Below, in pieces: positions 25,352-39,001 of a stretch of 64,000 nucleotides of DNA. This stretch comes from the human T2T-CHM13v2.0 reference genome, Homo sapiens. Where the stretch lies: assembly GCF_009914755.1 (NCBI RefSeq), contig NC_060928.1, one strand, 5' to 3'. The first letter of the stretch is position 1, and every line of letters begins with the position of its first letter. The notes beneath the pieces were generated by a model, which was not told the DNA's origin, made no database searches, and saw only the letters and a program-made list of their open reading frames with translations. Made by a program: the position numbers and the translations under genes.

Positions 25352-25661
25352 TTTTTATTATTATACGAAATATAATAATGGGTGCATGTGCAGAACGTGC
25401 AGTTTTGTTACATAGGTGTACACTTGCCATGGTGGTTTCTGCACCCATCAACCCGTCACCTATATTAGGTATTTCTCCTAATGTTATCCCTCCCCTAGCC
25501 CTCCAACCCCCGACACGCCCCGGTATGTAATGTTCCCCTCCCTATATCCATGTGTTCTCATTGTTCAACTCCCACTTATGAGTGAGAATATGCAGTATTT
25601 GGCCTTCTGTTCTTGTGATAGTTTGCTGAGAATGGTGGTTTCCAGCTTCAGCCATGTCCCT
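25352..25661 (-). mobile_element. L1PA (PA6/7-like) 3'UTR fragment
   Basis: TCATTGTTCAACTCCCACTTATGAGTGAGAATATG and ATTAGGTATTTCTCCTAATG. Confidence 0.9.
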
Positions 25662-25920
25662 TTCCTGTTTATTTTAATAAGATGACCTTGGAAGTATAGA
25701 TTTTAGAAAGCATTATTTTCTGTCTTCTCCTACACTTGCCCTGTAACTCAATCCTTCTCTTTTTCCATTCCATCCTCTCTTTTATACATGTACACATGGA
25801 TACACATACGTAACATATACATTTAATTTTTATACATAAGTCATATGCAATGAAATTGTTGCAATTTCTGCTATCCCCATCAATGATGCATCTGTGCTAT
25901 ACGTATCTGTGCTATATATT

Positions 25921-26240
25921 ATTTTTATTTTTATTTTATTTCATTTTATTTTATTTTTTGAGACAGAGTCTTACTCTGTCACTCAGGCTGAAGTACAGTA
26001 GTGCAATCTTGGCTCGCTGCAACCTCTACCTCCCAGGTTCAAGCGATTCTCCCATCTCAGCCTCCTGAGTAGCTGGGATCACAGGCATGCGCCACCACAC
26101 CTGGCTAATTTTTGTATTTTTAGTAGAGCCAGGGTTTCGCCAATGTTGGTCAGGCTAGTCTCAAACTCCTGACCTCATGATCCGCCTGCCTCGGCCTCCC
26201 AAAGTGCTGGGATTACAGGCGTGAGCCACTGCACCCGGCC
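25921..26240 (-). mobile_element. Alu, S-type
   Basis: Full dimer with (TTTTA)n tail. Confidence 0.93.
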
Positions 26241-27379
26241 TATATTGCTTTTAATATACAATTTGTGGTTCTTGCGTTTTGACTATTTTTGCTCCATAAT
26301 TCGTTTTGGAAACTACAACAAAGTTTGGAAGAAGGACTTAGTAATTGGGCAGCTCAAATCATGTAACAGGTGATTCAGAGCCTATTTATAAAGTACCATC
26401 TGTTGTCTCAAGAGACTTCTCAGACTTCTCAGCCATGTTAATTGATTCCTTATAGTTTATGAGTGGCTTTTCTTAAGAACATGATTGAGTGTGATTTTTA
26501 TAAGAGGCTAGAATCTACAGATGGTAGGAGCTGAGTTGCTGTCTGAAAAATGTAAGATCAGAATGCACATGATACATCACAGTGTGTTGTTGGTCCATGA
26601 TGTTCTATTCATTTATCCTGTCATGAATTGTATTGTACTATCTTATCCCAATTCTTCTAGTTCTCTTCCTTTTCATTTTTCCTAGTAGTAATGGTGGTAA
26701 TGATGATAACGACCATGACACCAACAATAATAACAGAATTACAATTAACTGTTTGATATTGGAATATATATGAAGTCATGTACCCTTTGGTTTAAATATG
26801 CCATTTGATTTCTAGGACTTAGAGGTTAAATTATTTGCCCAACATTTTGTAACTACGAAGTGGCAGAACCAATAGCTGAATACAGGTCTCTGAGAGATTA
26901 TAGACTTACTCTCCAAAATTCCTTTTTTCCTGTTATTTCTATTTATCCTTTCTTACTCTTGTCAAACTGACCCATTCTCATGGCATCAATTTTAATCTCC
27001 TCTTAGATAATTCCTAAATTATTGGTATTTATTATCTTTTTCTTTCTTCTGATCTCTGATCTGTATCTCCAAAAGCCTGACCAGTTCCTCTGCCTGAAAA
27101 CACTCTGGGAATATTTCTTTCTACTAATATGTACTTCATATTATTCTTGGTTAATGATATCATTTTCCCCTTAATTATTCAAACTTACAACATACTCTTT
27201 GTCACCACCACCTCCTCATTTCATAAAAATAATTATAGAGGCCACCATTTCCATTTGGTATTCACTATCTTTCATAATGGCATGCCAACAGATAGTGGAT
27301 ATATCCAGAAATTGTTCTCACAACTTCAGTCAAGCTAGACACCTGTCCATTTCTCATTAATGTCCTTTCCTTGTTGTAG

Positions 27380-27614
<235 letters not shown>

Positions 27615-30600
27615 TAATTTTAAAGTTCTGACTTCACATGAAGTACTGTCTTTGCTGGAATCAGATTGATTCTGATTTGATTGAATATGCTTTCTTTCTA
27701 GTATCACCACTTTTGACTAGATAATATGGTTCGAGATGATGTTCATAATATTCTTTTCAAAGAATTAATATTTTATGCTACCCAGTGAAAATTATGAATA
27801 GTAGTTTCAAATAAAGGAATAATTTGAATGGTTTCCTTCATAAAGACTACTCAATGTTTATTTTATTCCTTACAAAGTAGTACTCATCTCAGTATAACAT
27901 GTAAATTTAATTATTTTGATTTCAAGAAAATGTTTAATGCACCTAGGATGTACAATGTACTGAGTAACTGGAAGTGAGTAAGACCCCCACCCAGTGCTTA
28001 GAATGCAAGCTATTCATAAAAAAATCATTTTGATGATAACTGTAATGTTAGTTCAAGTAAAATATTTTGGAAATAGATAGTAGAGTTGGTTATTTTGTAT
28101 GGAAGAGTTATATCTAAGTTGAACCCTGAGGCATAAATCGGAATATGAGAAATCTGTGACAAGTAAAGGAGATATTGTTAACTTTTGGAGGAATGACTAT
28201 GGTTTGCTGGAGGAAGGTGAGTGCAGCCAATGTGGCTAGAGAATCAGATACGTAGGAGAAAATGACTAGACGTTAGTTTGAAAATAGGCTGGAATATGTA
28301 AAAGGGAGCCATTCGATTATTGCAAGTAAAGAGGTGACAATCATATTGTGACACACTGTAATTGTTAGATTGGGGAGGGTGAAAAGCTGATCAGGGAGAT
28401 CATTTAGGAACTATTTCTGATCATCTAGAAGAGAAGGTCATGCTTGGACTGGGAGAGGTAATAAGAGGAAGAAGGCAGTTATGAGGAGTAGAAGAAAATA
28501 GTACTGTTAAGCAAAATTTAAAGATGACTTAGATGTTTTCCTTGAACATCTGGGTTGGGTGATAGTGCTACCAATTCAGAATAGAAAGCAGGAGGATTTG
28601 GGAGAGAGAGCAAGTATAATGAGTTGGTCTTAATGTCTGATAAATACTTAGGGTAATATCTGGGTTATTCAAAGTTAAGATATGATTATGCGCCTTAATA
28701 ATTTATACTTTAAAAACCCCAGTATAACCATATATTTTTTATTATAGTTTTTCCTTTCCAAGCATGGAAGGCTTTTGATGGCCAGAAAGAGAGAGTGAAT
28801 GTAAAACATTCTGGTTCAAGCCACTGACTGCTGTGGGGAATTTTTCAATTTGAATTAATTTTTGTTCTAAGTTATGTTTAATATAATGTATCTTGGAAAC
28901 ATAAAACAGACTGTATAGTAAACAGAAGTTATAAGACTTAGATACAAAGCCATTTTGTTCTAAATCCAGTGCACTGTTTCTGACCCTTTCTTGCCAAATT
29001 CAGTGAGTTTTATATCAATAGAGTCATGTAGCTTTCTCAACTAACGGCCATTTAGTCCTTGTTTTATGCAACATAGTCTGTTTACCAGCAACTGAAGTAA
29101 TTTTCGAAATCCTATTAGACATACATAGCTATGTTCTTTGCAAATAAATACTCTATTTTAAAAAGTTAAATGAAACTTAAAGGAACTCATGCTCTGAAGA
29201 ATATTTCAGTGCTGTTTATTTAATCTTAAAATTTAAGTAATTTTTATCTTTTAAAGTCAATTAGAGGCATGTTCTTTTATCATTAACAATGATATTTATT
29301 ATTACTAATTGACTTTAAAAGTTAAAAAGTAAATAATGAGTAATATCATTGTGTGCTAAGTTATTTATGGTTTTTATCTTATCTAAAAAGAACCCATAAA
29401 AATATTCAAATGAAGTTAGCACATAAACAGCTAATATTTAATTCTATTTTTTCTACATTTCTTTAAAATTGATAATGATGTTACTAATTTTGTGTTATGT
29501 ATACTTCATGTGTTTATGTTTTTTTTATTTCCTTCTGAGGCTGGTGTGGGAGCAGTATACAATCTATAACATTTTGGCTCTCTATACTCATTTTATTCCT
29601 CACTGAAAAATCACTCATCAATTGTTCAAGGAAAAAAAGCAGGATGGAGATAAGCCATAACTAATCTCAAATATCAAAATCGTTTCATTGTTAGATGAGA
29701 GCAATGGTGGGTAATAGACAAATTCCAATACAAATTATGTGAAATTTATATCAAAAATTTACTAATTCAGTAACACTGGATTTAGGTGGTTTCATTTTCA
29801 GTCGGTGTGATTTTAAATACATTGCAAATATATTTGATTTTGATGCCTGAATCAGTGTGTAGTATCAGTGTGTGCCTGAATCAGCGTGAGTGTCATTGAG
29901 AAACAATGACAGGAATGTATTTATATTTTGTAATACAGACAAAGGGACTGTCTTTGCTGGAGATAAAAAAGCACTTCTTGTTCCCAATATGCAAATCCAT
30001 TCTATGCATTAAATATCTTAACATTTAGAGATATAATGCCATTCCATTTATGAAGGCATGTTTGTGTTTTTCTTCACTTGATGTATTTGTTAATATGATT
30101 AATTCCTTCTGATAAGCAGTTTTTAGAAAGATTGGAGCTTTGCCTGTGTTCATAGGCTTTTGGTGCAGCTTTCCCAGCCTGGCAATTCTTGAATCCCAAG
30201 CCTTGTCTTCTTGCCAAACTTTTGGACTTGCCTGTGGACACACCTACCTGCTTTCTGCCTCCACCAGATTCCATGAGTGACTTTTGTCTTGATATCCCCA
30301 GCCAGCCCCTGACTGGAGCTCACCATGTTTTTTTGTTCTTGAACATCTTTCAGAACTAGACCTTGGCCTACCTTCCTTAGAACCTTCTCAAAGCTGACAA
30401 CTTTTGATGCACCAAAACCACTTTGTGGTCAAGTTATATCCTTTATCATTCACTTAAAAAAAAATTCCCCCTCTTCTCCCATGCTCTGTTATACTTTCAC
30501 CCTCTCCCATGCATATGTTCCCTGACTCCAGGATTTTTTTTTATTAGGCTGAAATGTTGGTGGAATTACTTATTGTTATGAGGTATTTTGTCATTAAAAA

Positions 30601-30659
30601 ACTCTTTCAGGTTAAATACAAGAATCTCTGCAATCAATTTCACACATTAAGAATGCTTA

Positions 30660-30960
<301 letters not shown>

Positions 30961-31648
30961 ATGCTTATACTTCAAATGTGGAGGATAATTTCACTGTTTA
31001 TTGAATCTCTCCATTATTTCAGATACTCTCTATACATTATCTTATGTAATCTAAGAGAAATCATATGAGATTGGTTTTCTTATCTTCATTTACGAATGAT
31101 GGCACTGGTACTAGGAGGAGGATGATAGATCCGCAAAGAATTGTAAAGTTAGCAACAGAGCCAGGACTTGATCTCAAGCTTGCCTAATATAAAAGAAACC
31201 TACACTCTGCTATATCAACCTGAGGGCTAGCTAAAATAAAAGTCAACTGAACATTCCATTTATGATGTTAGAACTCAGATTATTTCATGGAATTAGACAA
31301 AATACATAATTTTTAACAAAAGGAAGTCACAGGAAGGTGTGTTCACTGTTTAACTTGGGTTCTAAAGTGCAAAGAAAAAGATGTAATAGGAGTGTCATAG
31401 GCCTTGAGAGAAATAGTGTTGACTTAGAGATAAGTGGGTAATGGCAATGAGGTAATGGAGCAGGTTAGTTAAAGAGGCAGTTGCTATTATAGTAATACCA
31501 AAGTGTGGTTGCTGTATTTGTACATAAATCATCGTCTCTCCTTCATTGTAGATCCTTTAGATCTTAATTTCAGCATTACTTTCTCAGAGAGACTTTCATT
31601 GAGCTCTCAGTTGAGTCAGATTTCTTAGCCTTAAATGCTTTTAAACTA

Positions 31649-32031
31649 CAGTCATGCACCATATATTGACATTTCAGTCAATGAAAGCCCTCATATAAAA
31701 TTATGATCCCATAAGATTATAATGGAGCTGAAAAAATACTATTGCCTAGTGACATCGTGATGTCATAGCCATTGTGATACCCTAGCACAACCATTAACTT
31801 CTCTATGTTTACATGTTTAGATACACAAATACTTAGCAGTATGCCATAGTTGCCCACAGTATTCAGCACAGTAACATGCTGTACAGGTTTATAGCCTGGG
31901 AGCAATAGGCTGTATATAGCATACAGCCTAGATGTTTAGTAGGCCATACCAGGTATGTGGTGTCAGCACAATGACAAAATCATCTAATGACATTATTTCT
32001 GAGAGTGTATCTTCATCATTAAGCATGACTG
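31649..32031 (+). mobile_element. Tigger3a/MER7A-like DNA transposon
   Basis: TIRs CAGTCATGC...GCATGACTG, TA TSD, CCCATAAGATTATAATGGAGCTGAAAAA. Confidence 0.85.
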
Positions 32032-33469
32032 TAAATATGAGCTCTGCCCTGGACATATGTGTGTATATATCTCTCACTTGCTCTCCTTCTCCCTCTTTCA
32101 CTTTCTTTTGTATGTGGAAAAGCAACTAAATGTGTGTAATTCTAAAGTGTATAGTTAGGAGCAATAATGTATTCTCCCCTTCATTTCCACTTCAGACTTG
32201 TCTAATCCACTTCTAGCCTTTTCTATTCTTCTAGCAAATATATTTATTCATGATTTCAGGCAAGTTAATCTGATGAACTAATTTATTCTTATGTGATGGT
32301 ATTAATGAATTGATGTCTTATTTGAGCAATGTCATATGTTTTAAGAATGTATGGTTCCAAGCTCTTGAGGGAGATACATTTGTAAGAGATGGGGGAAACC
32401 CTCCAAATTCTTCACATCATACCTTCTACTACATCTACATAGAGGATGAAATACCAACGATACTAGTTAATGGTCTGTCTGGCGCCATGTTGCCTTGATT
32501 GTCCAGGTGCAATTGAATAAATAAAGATAATATGTTGGTTGATCATATCCACATTTGACCTTAGCAGTTTGTAAATGTGGAGCTCTGAGTCCAATTCAGT
32601 AGTATGAGGACATAAAATGTGAAAAAGGAGAAGCAGGTGTGCTAGGTATTAATGAATATACAGAAATCAGCATCATTCCTAGTAGGTGTTTAAAAAATGC
32701 TTGTTTTTGAACCTGTACCCATTTGTTTTCCCTACTTGCTATAGAAGAGTAATAATTGCATCACAATAAAAGGTAGGTGCCAAATTTCATGTAGTTCTCT
32801 GCTTGGGCAGCTTCCTCAGGATCCCTGAGTAGCTGTCTAACCCCCTACTTGTATGCATACCCCTGCTCCAAGTACCAATAAGCTCTATTATTAGGAATCA
32901 GCTATAATTTGCTCAGTTAACTTGGATCCTAACTGAATTACTTTCCCAGTTTTCTCACCCCAGTTTATGGATGACTGGATGCTGGATGCCAGCCACCTGC
33001 CTGGCCCCATGGTAACTGCCTGTTTTCTAATCTTCTCATAAACACCAGGGGTCTTGGTTTCTTGGCACTGGATCTTTCATTTTAGTGACTCTTGCATTTT
33101 TTACATCATTTTTGTTTGTAGTTTGATCTTTTAATATAGACATCCCTTTGTGTTACTGTTTCTCTATTTTCTCACCCTGCACTTTGTATTTTATAATCCA
33201 GTATTGATTTTCAATGGATTCAGTGTGGCCTGTATTGCCACTGGTCAAATCATGGTTATAAGATAATCATCAGCCAGGTTTTATGATACTTTCTGTCCCT
33301 CACTCAGTAATCTCTGGATTCTTAAAACAAACATTTTGGATTGGATTTCTTGAGTTTGTGATTGATATGATCGAGAGTTGACGAATTATGAAAACATGAC
33401 ACTTATGGGTGGGATTTTCTTTAGTGATTCAGGTTTGGTATATTCGGATTTTTGGATAACAGACTGATA

Positions 33470-33843
33470 GTTTTATTTGCATAATTATAATCAGCATTGT
33501 ACATAGAAAGGATACAGCTGCTTTTTGTTAAATCCACACTTTCTAAATGTCAAAAAAGGGAAATGGAGTATAAATCAATTTTTGTATAATCTGTTTGAAA
33601 CATGAGTTTTATTTGCTTAATATTACAGCTTTGCCCCTTTTCTGTAAGTCTTTTGGGATCCTGTGTAGAAGCTGTTCTCATTGAACACCAAACAGTTTAA
33701 GTCCATTCTCTGGTACTAGCTACAAATTCAGTTTCATATTCTACTTAACAATTTAGGTAAACTGAAATATTTCTAGATGGTCTACTTCTGTTCATATAAA
33801 AACAAAACTTGATTTCCAAACAACAACAAAAACAACAACAAAA
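33470..33843 (+). pseudogene. Probable 5'-truncated processed retrocopy of an mRNA 3'UTR; parent not identified
   Basis: UTR-like sequence with TATAAA 18 nt before an abrupt degenerate A tail (AAACAACAACAAAAACAACAACAAAA); no convincing TSD; 5' boundary approximate. Confidence 0.6.
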
Positions 33844-34269
33844 TACGGACCTGGGCCTGAACCTAGGTTAATACTGGCAGTGCTGCCTATAGAAAGAGAT
33901 GTATTCTACATGTCCTGCCTAGAGCAGTTGAGAACATATAGATGAGTATAGTGAAAGTCAGAGGAGATTTATACAAAGGCAAGAACAATCTTGTCTTTGT
34001 TAAATCACCAGAATTTAGCTCAGTGGTGTGCACAGAGTAGTAATACATATTGGTTGAGATCACTAATAGCATGCTGATAAAATCTTCCCCTGCTCCCCTT
34101 TCAAGTCATACACAGTCAGGTGTGTATTTATTTAACTTCTTTTAGGCTTAGGGTATAACAAAATACACTTGCTAAAAAAAATTTGCTGTTACAAAGCTTA
34201 AAAATAACCAGGAAGGAGGAGTGGAGATAGGAACAATAATGAGAGATAAAATACTGCGGGAAATAATTC

Positions 34270-34480
34270 TAAGCCCAGTGGTTAAGAATGAGTGTGTTTT
34301 GGCTTGAATCCTACTGCATTACTTAGAGTCTGGATGACCTTTGGGTTAGTTACTTTACCTATCTGTGCCCTAGTTTTTGTCTTTATTTATGGAATAAGAA
34401 TAATAAAAATACTTTATAAAGTTATTGTGATGTTTAAATGGCAACATGTATGTAAAGTGCTTGGAACACTACAGCATATT
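34270..34480 (+). mobile_element. MIR
   Basis: CAGTGGTTAAGA...TGACCTTTGGGTTAGTTACTTTACC...ATGTAAAGTGCTTGGAACA. Confidence 0.75.
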
Positions 34481-34598
34481 CCTCATTTGATCATTACTCC
34501 TTACATTCTGTCGGCTTCAACTATTTAAATGGAAATTTGATTCAAATATATATCATTAGAAGTTTAAGGGGCAAAAATGGCAGTAGAAGGATAGGAAC

Positions 34599-34747
34599 GA
34601 AGGAGAGAGGGAAGGAAGGAAGGGGGAGAGAGGGAAGGAAGGAAGAGAGGGAAGGAGGGAGGGTAGGAGGGAAGGAAGGAAGGAAAGGAAGGAAGGAAGA
34701 AGGGAGAGAGGGAAGGAAGGAAGGAAGAAGGGAGGGAGGGAGGGGAA
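34599..34747. repeat. Polypurine (GGAA/GGGA) low-complexity tract
   Basis: 149 nt with a single pyrimidine (T at 34664). Confidence 0.95.
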
Positions 34748-34951
34748 CTAACAGCAAAAGCAAATACAGTTATTAATTAGGAGATTTTTTTGAGAAAACC
34801 ATGTTTATGTGGAGATATATGTTTCCTCCCTTTTAAATACACTGAAGAAATTGTTAAGAATGATATATTTTATTTAGAGCACTTATAATTTGAAGACATT
34901 GGGGGACCTTTAGAGATCTTCTAATTCAAGGACTGTCCTTTTATTTTTTCC

Positions 34952-35271
34952 TTTTATTTTTTATTTAATTTAATTAATTAATTTATTTTTTGAGACGGAG
35001 TCTCACTCTGTCGCCAGGCTGGAGTGGAATGGGGTGATCCTGGCTCACTGCAACCTCTGACTCCCTGGTTCAAGCAATTCTTCTGCCTCAGCCTCCCTTA
35101 GTAGCTGGGATTAGAGAAATGCGCCACCACGCCCAGCTAATTTTTGTATTTTTAGGAGAGACGGGGTTTCACCATGTTGTCCAGGATGGTCTCGATTTCC
35201 TGACCTCGTAATCTGCCTGCCTCGGCCTCCCAAAGTGCTGGGATTACAGGCATGAGCCACCACGCCCGGCC
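34952..35271 (-). mobile_element. AluSc-like
   Basis: TGTCGCCAGGCT single-C deletion; TSD TATTTTTTCC. Confidence 0.9.
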
Positions 35272-37851
35272 TATTTTTTCCATTTTTTTTTAAAGTGAAA
35301 TACTATTTGGATAAAAAAGATAAATGCAAGACTGTACCTAGGCAGGTACAGTTTAAAAGTACTAATTGTGTCTACCTATTTATTCAAAAAATAATTAGAC
35401 ACAGTCAAGTAATATGACTTGTCCTAAATCACACAACTTCCTAGATACCCAGTCTGGACTATTAACAAAGCACTGTTTCATATATAATATTCTCTAACTT
35501 GACTTTAGTTACTTAAAGTATTTCCACACAGGAAGCTATTATTTAGATAATAGGAACATCTCATTCTTTAGGTAAAGTTGTTTTGGTTCCCTGTTTTTTA
35601 GTTAACCAAGGACTCTAGAAATGACAGGTAACGTGTTCATATTCACCACCTTCACTGGACACACTTAATATTAGTCAATGGCAACCTGAGTTTCTCCACC
35701 ACCTTTAACAAGCATATTAGAAAATGCAAAGAGCCTTACAAAGAAAATGATATAATGGTGTTTTTCTAGGCATGATGTCTATTGGAAACTATAATGTGAT
35801 ATTCTACTAATTTGAAATAATAATGATTGACTTATTTTGAGTTTTGTTTTACAGTTGATCAGTAACCAATTTATTGAAGCCACGTTAGAATAGTAAGGGC
35901 TGAAAACCCAAATGGATTTGTCTGCAGGCTTGCTCAGGGACGGTGTGGTATACAGTCACTCAACCAAAGGTGGCTCTGAAGAGACTACATTTATGATTTT
36001 AATAGGCTATAAAGTAATTTTAGAAAATTATTTTTTAACTTCCTTTAGTTGTTTAATCAACCTCTACATTAAAGAAAACTGTTAATTTCACTATAGTTTT
36101 AAAAATCCCTGAAATTATAAGACCAAAATACCTAGTAGAATATGTACTATTATAAATTGCTAATTGATTATGGTGAAGGTCCTAATAATGCAATGATTTT
36201 CTTTTAAATGTTGAATTCTTGGGTCACTTGTCATACATTTACCCATTTGTGATTTAAAATCAAAATCTTACAGCACAATTATAAGTACTGTATAGTTTAG
36301 TCTTACATTTTTTCCAGGCCTGCAATCTTTGCCTGTTAAGTGGCATATTGAGTTCTTTTACACTTAATATAAATATTGATATAGTTTGCTTTAAGACTAT
36401 CAGGTTAGTAATTCATTTTTATTTGTTCTGTCTGCTTTTGTTTCTCTTAGATTATTTTAAATGCAATTGCTTATTATTGAAATATATGTGTAATAACATG
36501 GATTAATGAAAAACACAGATCCCAAAAATCATAGCTTTCTTGTATACCGGCAAAAGCAGCTTGAAATTTTGTTGTTAGAATTTCCATGTACAATAGCCTT
36601 AAACATTTCGAACATCTATGAACAGCCATAATAAGATATATTTGAGAACCACGTGAAAAATATTCTAAAAATTTGAAAAAATATTGAAGATGAGGCTTTA
36701 TCAAATGAAGAGTCATAACTGCTTCCCAGAGAAGAGTGAATATAAAAAAGATTTTGATTATTAACTAATATATAAATTCTTATGAGTTACACAATTACAA
36801 TAGTATTAGATTATTCTAAATTTAATCTGAAAGTGTAACCAGATGAAAAAAAGTTAGTAACCATTTTGTGAGCACTTACTGTTTGCTGATCATTGCGTTC
36901 GTTATCTAATTGTATTTTTAAAATAGAAAGCTTGGTACAAGAATAGTTAGAGCATTAAAATAAATAGATAACAAAGAAATTGACCCTATTTTTTTAATCC
37001 CTGATTATATGATAAAATAGATGACTCAAATATACAGACAAGAGTTTGGACTATGTAAGAATTGTTACTGTGATAATTTGTCAGACATTCCTATAAAAAT
37101 CCATTAACCCTCATTTATACCACATAACTGATAAATTGCAGATGGTTTAGAGACCTAAGTGTAACATATATAACATTTTAATGAAAAAAGGGCAAAATAT
37201 GAGTTAGCTCTGAATGAGGAAGGATTTATAAGCTTATGGGTAATAAAAAACTCACCAAGGCTGTACAACCAACCACTGTGTTGAATGCTAATAGATTGAA
37301 CAATGTTCAGATTGATAAGTATGCTACCTCAGATATCACCAAGATAAATAGTTTACTTATTAATACATTACACAAAACTTCGGAGCAGTCAACATACAAG
37401 GCAAAGAGATGAGCAGTATTTTCTAGTATAAATGGAGGTTTATTCTTTGAGTTAAAGTTCCTCACCAAAAGATACAGAGCTGCAGAAAATGACACCTGAC
37501 TAAGTGATGATTACATTATTCATTCTAGAAGCCCAACTGTAATCCTCCAGACCTGCCTCTGTGTATGCATACATATGTTTATACATCTGGGGTACTTCAT
37601 TTCATAACCTAGTTTTGATATATTCTGGTTACTGCTTCAGCGGTATGGCAGTCCTCCTTAATCATTTTTTATTTTAGTGGAATAAGAATAGAGGTCAGTT
37701 TCCCAGAAGTAATAGGAAGATATGATAACAGAGAGACCAGATAAAGGGCTTTTGCTACAATTGACTACATTTGTTATGTATTGAACTTTGATTTTGCATC
37801 ACTTTATTTTCAAAGCCATTGCCATCTACCTACATAAATCAAATAACTGGT

Positions 37852-38277
37852 TGTGATAGATGTTGTATTCATTGTTCAGATTACCCTTTTTCAGAGTAAT
37901 TCCCCAGTTGCATGGAGTGTGGCTGCTTGGGCTCACAGCTGAATAACTCTGCATGAATGTCCCTCAATCAAGGATGTGATATGCTCCAGGTTATGCTTCT
38001 GCCCTGGAGGCCTTCCTCCAATGAGTAGTCGATAATAGGGTCCCAAGACACTCTCCATTACCTCATTCCGGGACTGCTCTGGAAGGTCATCTTGCAGCCT
38101 CCTGGGGGAACAGGCTGAGGCCTCTGTTATACTCGTAACAGTTCATCCTTGCCTTCTGCCCAGTTCTGCTTCCCTTCTGCCCAGTTCTGCTTCCCTTTCT
38201 TCTTGGGTGTAACCCTCCTGCAGTAACCTGGCTGCAAAAAACATCTCCAACTCAGAATCAGGGAATCTGACCTACAA
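37852..38277 (+). mobile_element. LTR16C-like ERVL solo LTR with internal 21-bp tandem duplication (38152-38193)
   Basis: GGCTCACAGCTG, CCAATGAGTAGTCGAT, GGCTGAGGCCTCTGTT, CTGCCCAGTTCTGCTTCC, end GGGAATCTGACCTA. Confidence 0.75.
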
Positions 38278-38941
38278 TGGTAGCCACATTCATGATGACA
38301 TTCCAAATCTTGCAGATATTGTCTCAGTTTCTGTTGATTTCTGAAACAGGAAGGCAAACTGTTGTTCTTTGTTGAAATTTTGGTGGTAATGTGTGAGAAA
38401 CTTTTAGAGATTCCTTGCTTAGTGTTTGAAATCATTCTCAGCTCTTGTCAAGCATTAATAGAGTTTTGAGGCATAAAATATATAAGTCGAATCCTCTATT
38501 TTTCTCATTTTCACTAACATTGTTGGCATGGCTATAGTGAATATAATATGTCTGCAATCTGGTATGAAATTTGGAGCATTTGTGATATATAAATTCTCAT
38601 GATTTACTTTCTTTAGATAACAGAATAGCCAAGTGAGATGAGCCTTAATTTACAGAATGCCTGAAACAAAAATGTCAACATATAAAATGGCTTGGTAATT
38701 CATGAATGATTTATTATTACTTTTCTGAGTTTTAAAAAAAATATTGTATAGACTAGTTAGGAAATACTCATATTAGGTTTCATGTTAATTTTCCAGTGGC
38801 ACAGAGATCCATGCATAGATAATATTATTAGAAATCATATACTAAGTTATAATTAAGTGATAAAACCATAGGTGGCCCAGTAGTTCAGAAGTATAATAGA
38901 GTAATTGTAAAGGATTCAGTGAAAGAGCAGGGACTAGCTCT

Positions 38942-39001
38942 TTCCTGAAGGTTGAATGTGAAACATTTTGATTCCTGAAGGTTGATTGTGAAACATTTTG
39001 A
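38942..39001. repeat. 30-bp tandem duplication (1 mismatch)
   Basis: TTCCTGAAGGTTGA(A/T)TGTGAAACATTTTGA x2. Confidence 0.95.

Noticed and set aside
34537-34776. EGRK-rich and LPSF-rich ORFs
   Set aside because: Translations of the polypurine tract
35331-35352. 9-bp hairpin ACTGTACCT-AGGC-AGGTACAGT
   Set aside because: Isolated short inverted repeat with no functional context; too short for a pre-miRNA
38942-39001. 30-bp direct repeats considered as CRISPR-like
   Set aside because: Two abutting copies without spacers in eukaryotic DNA; simple tandem duplication
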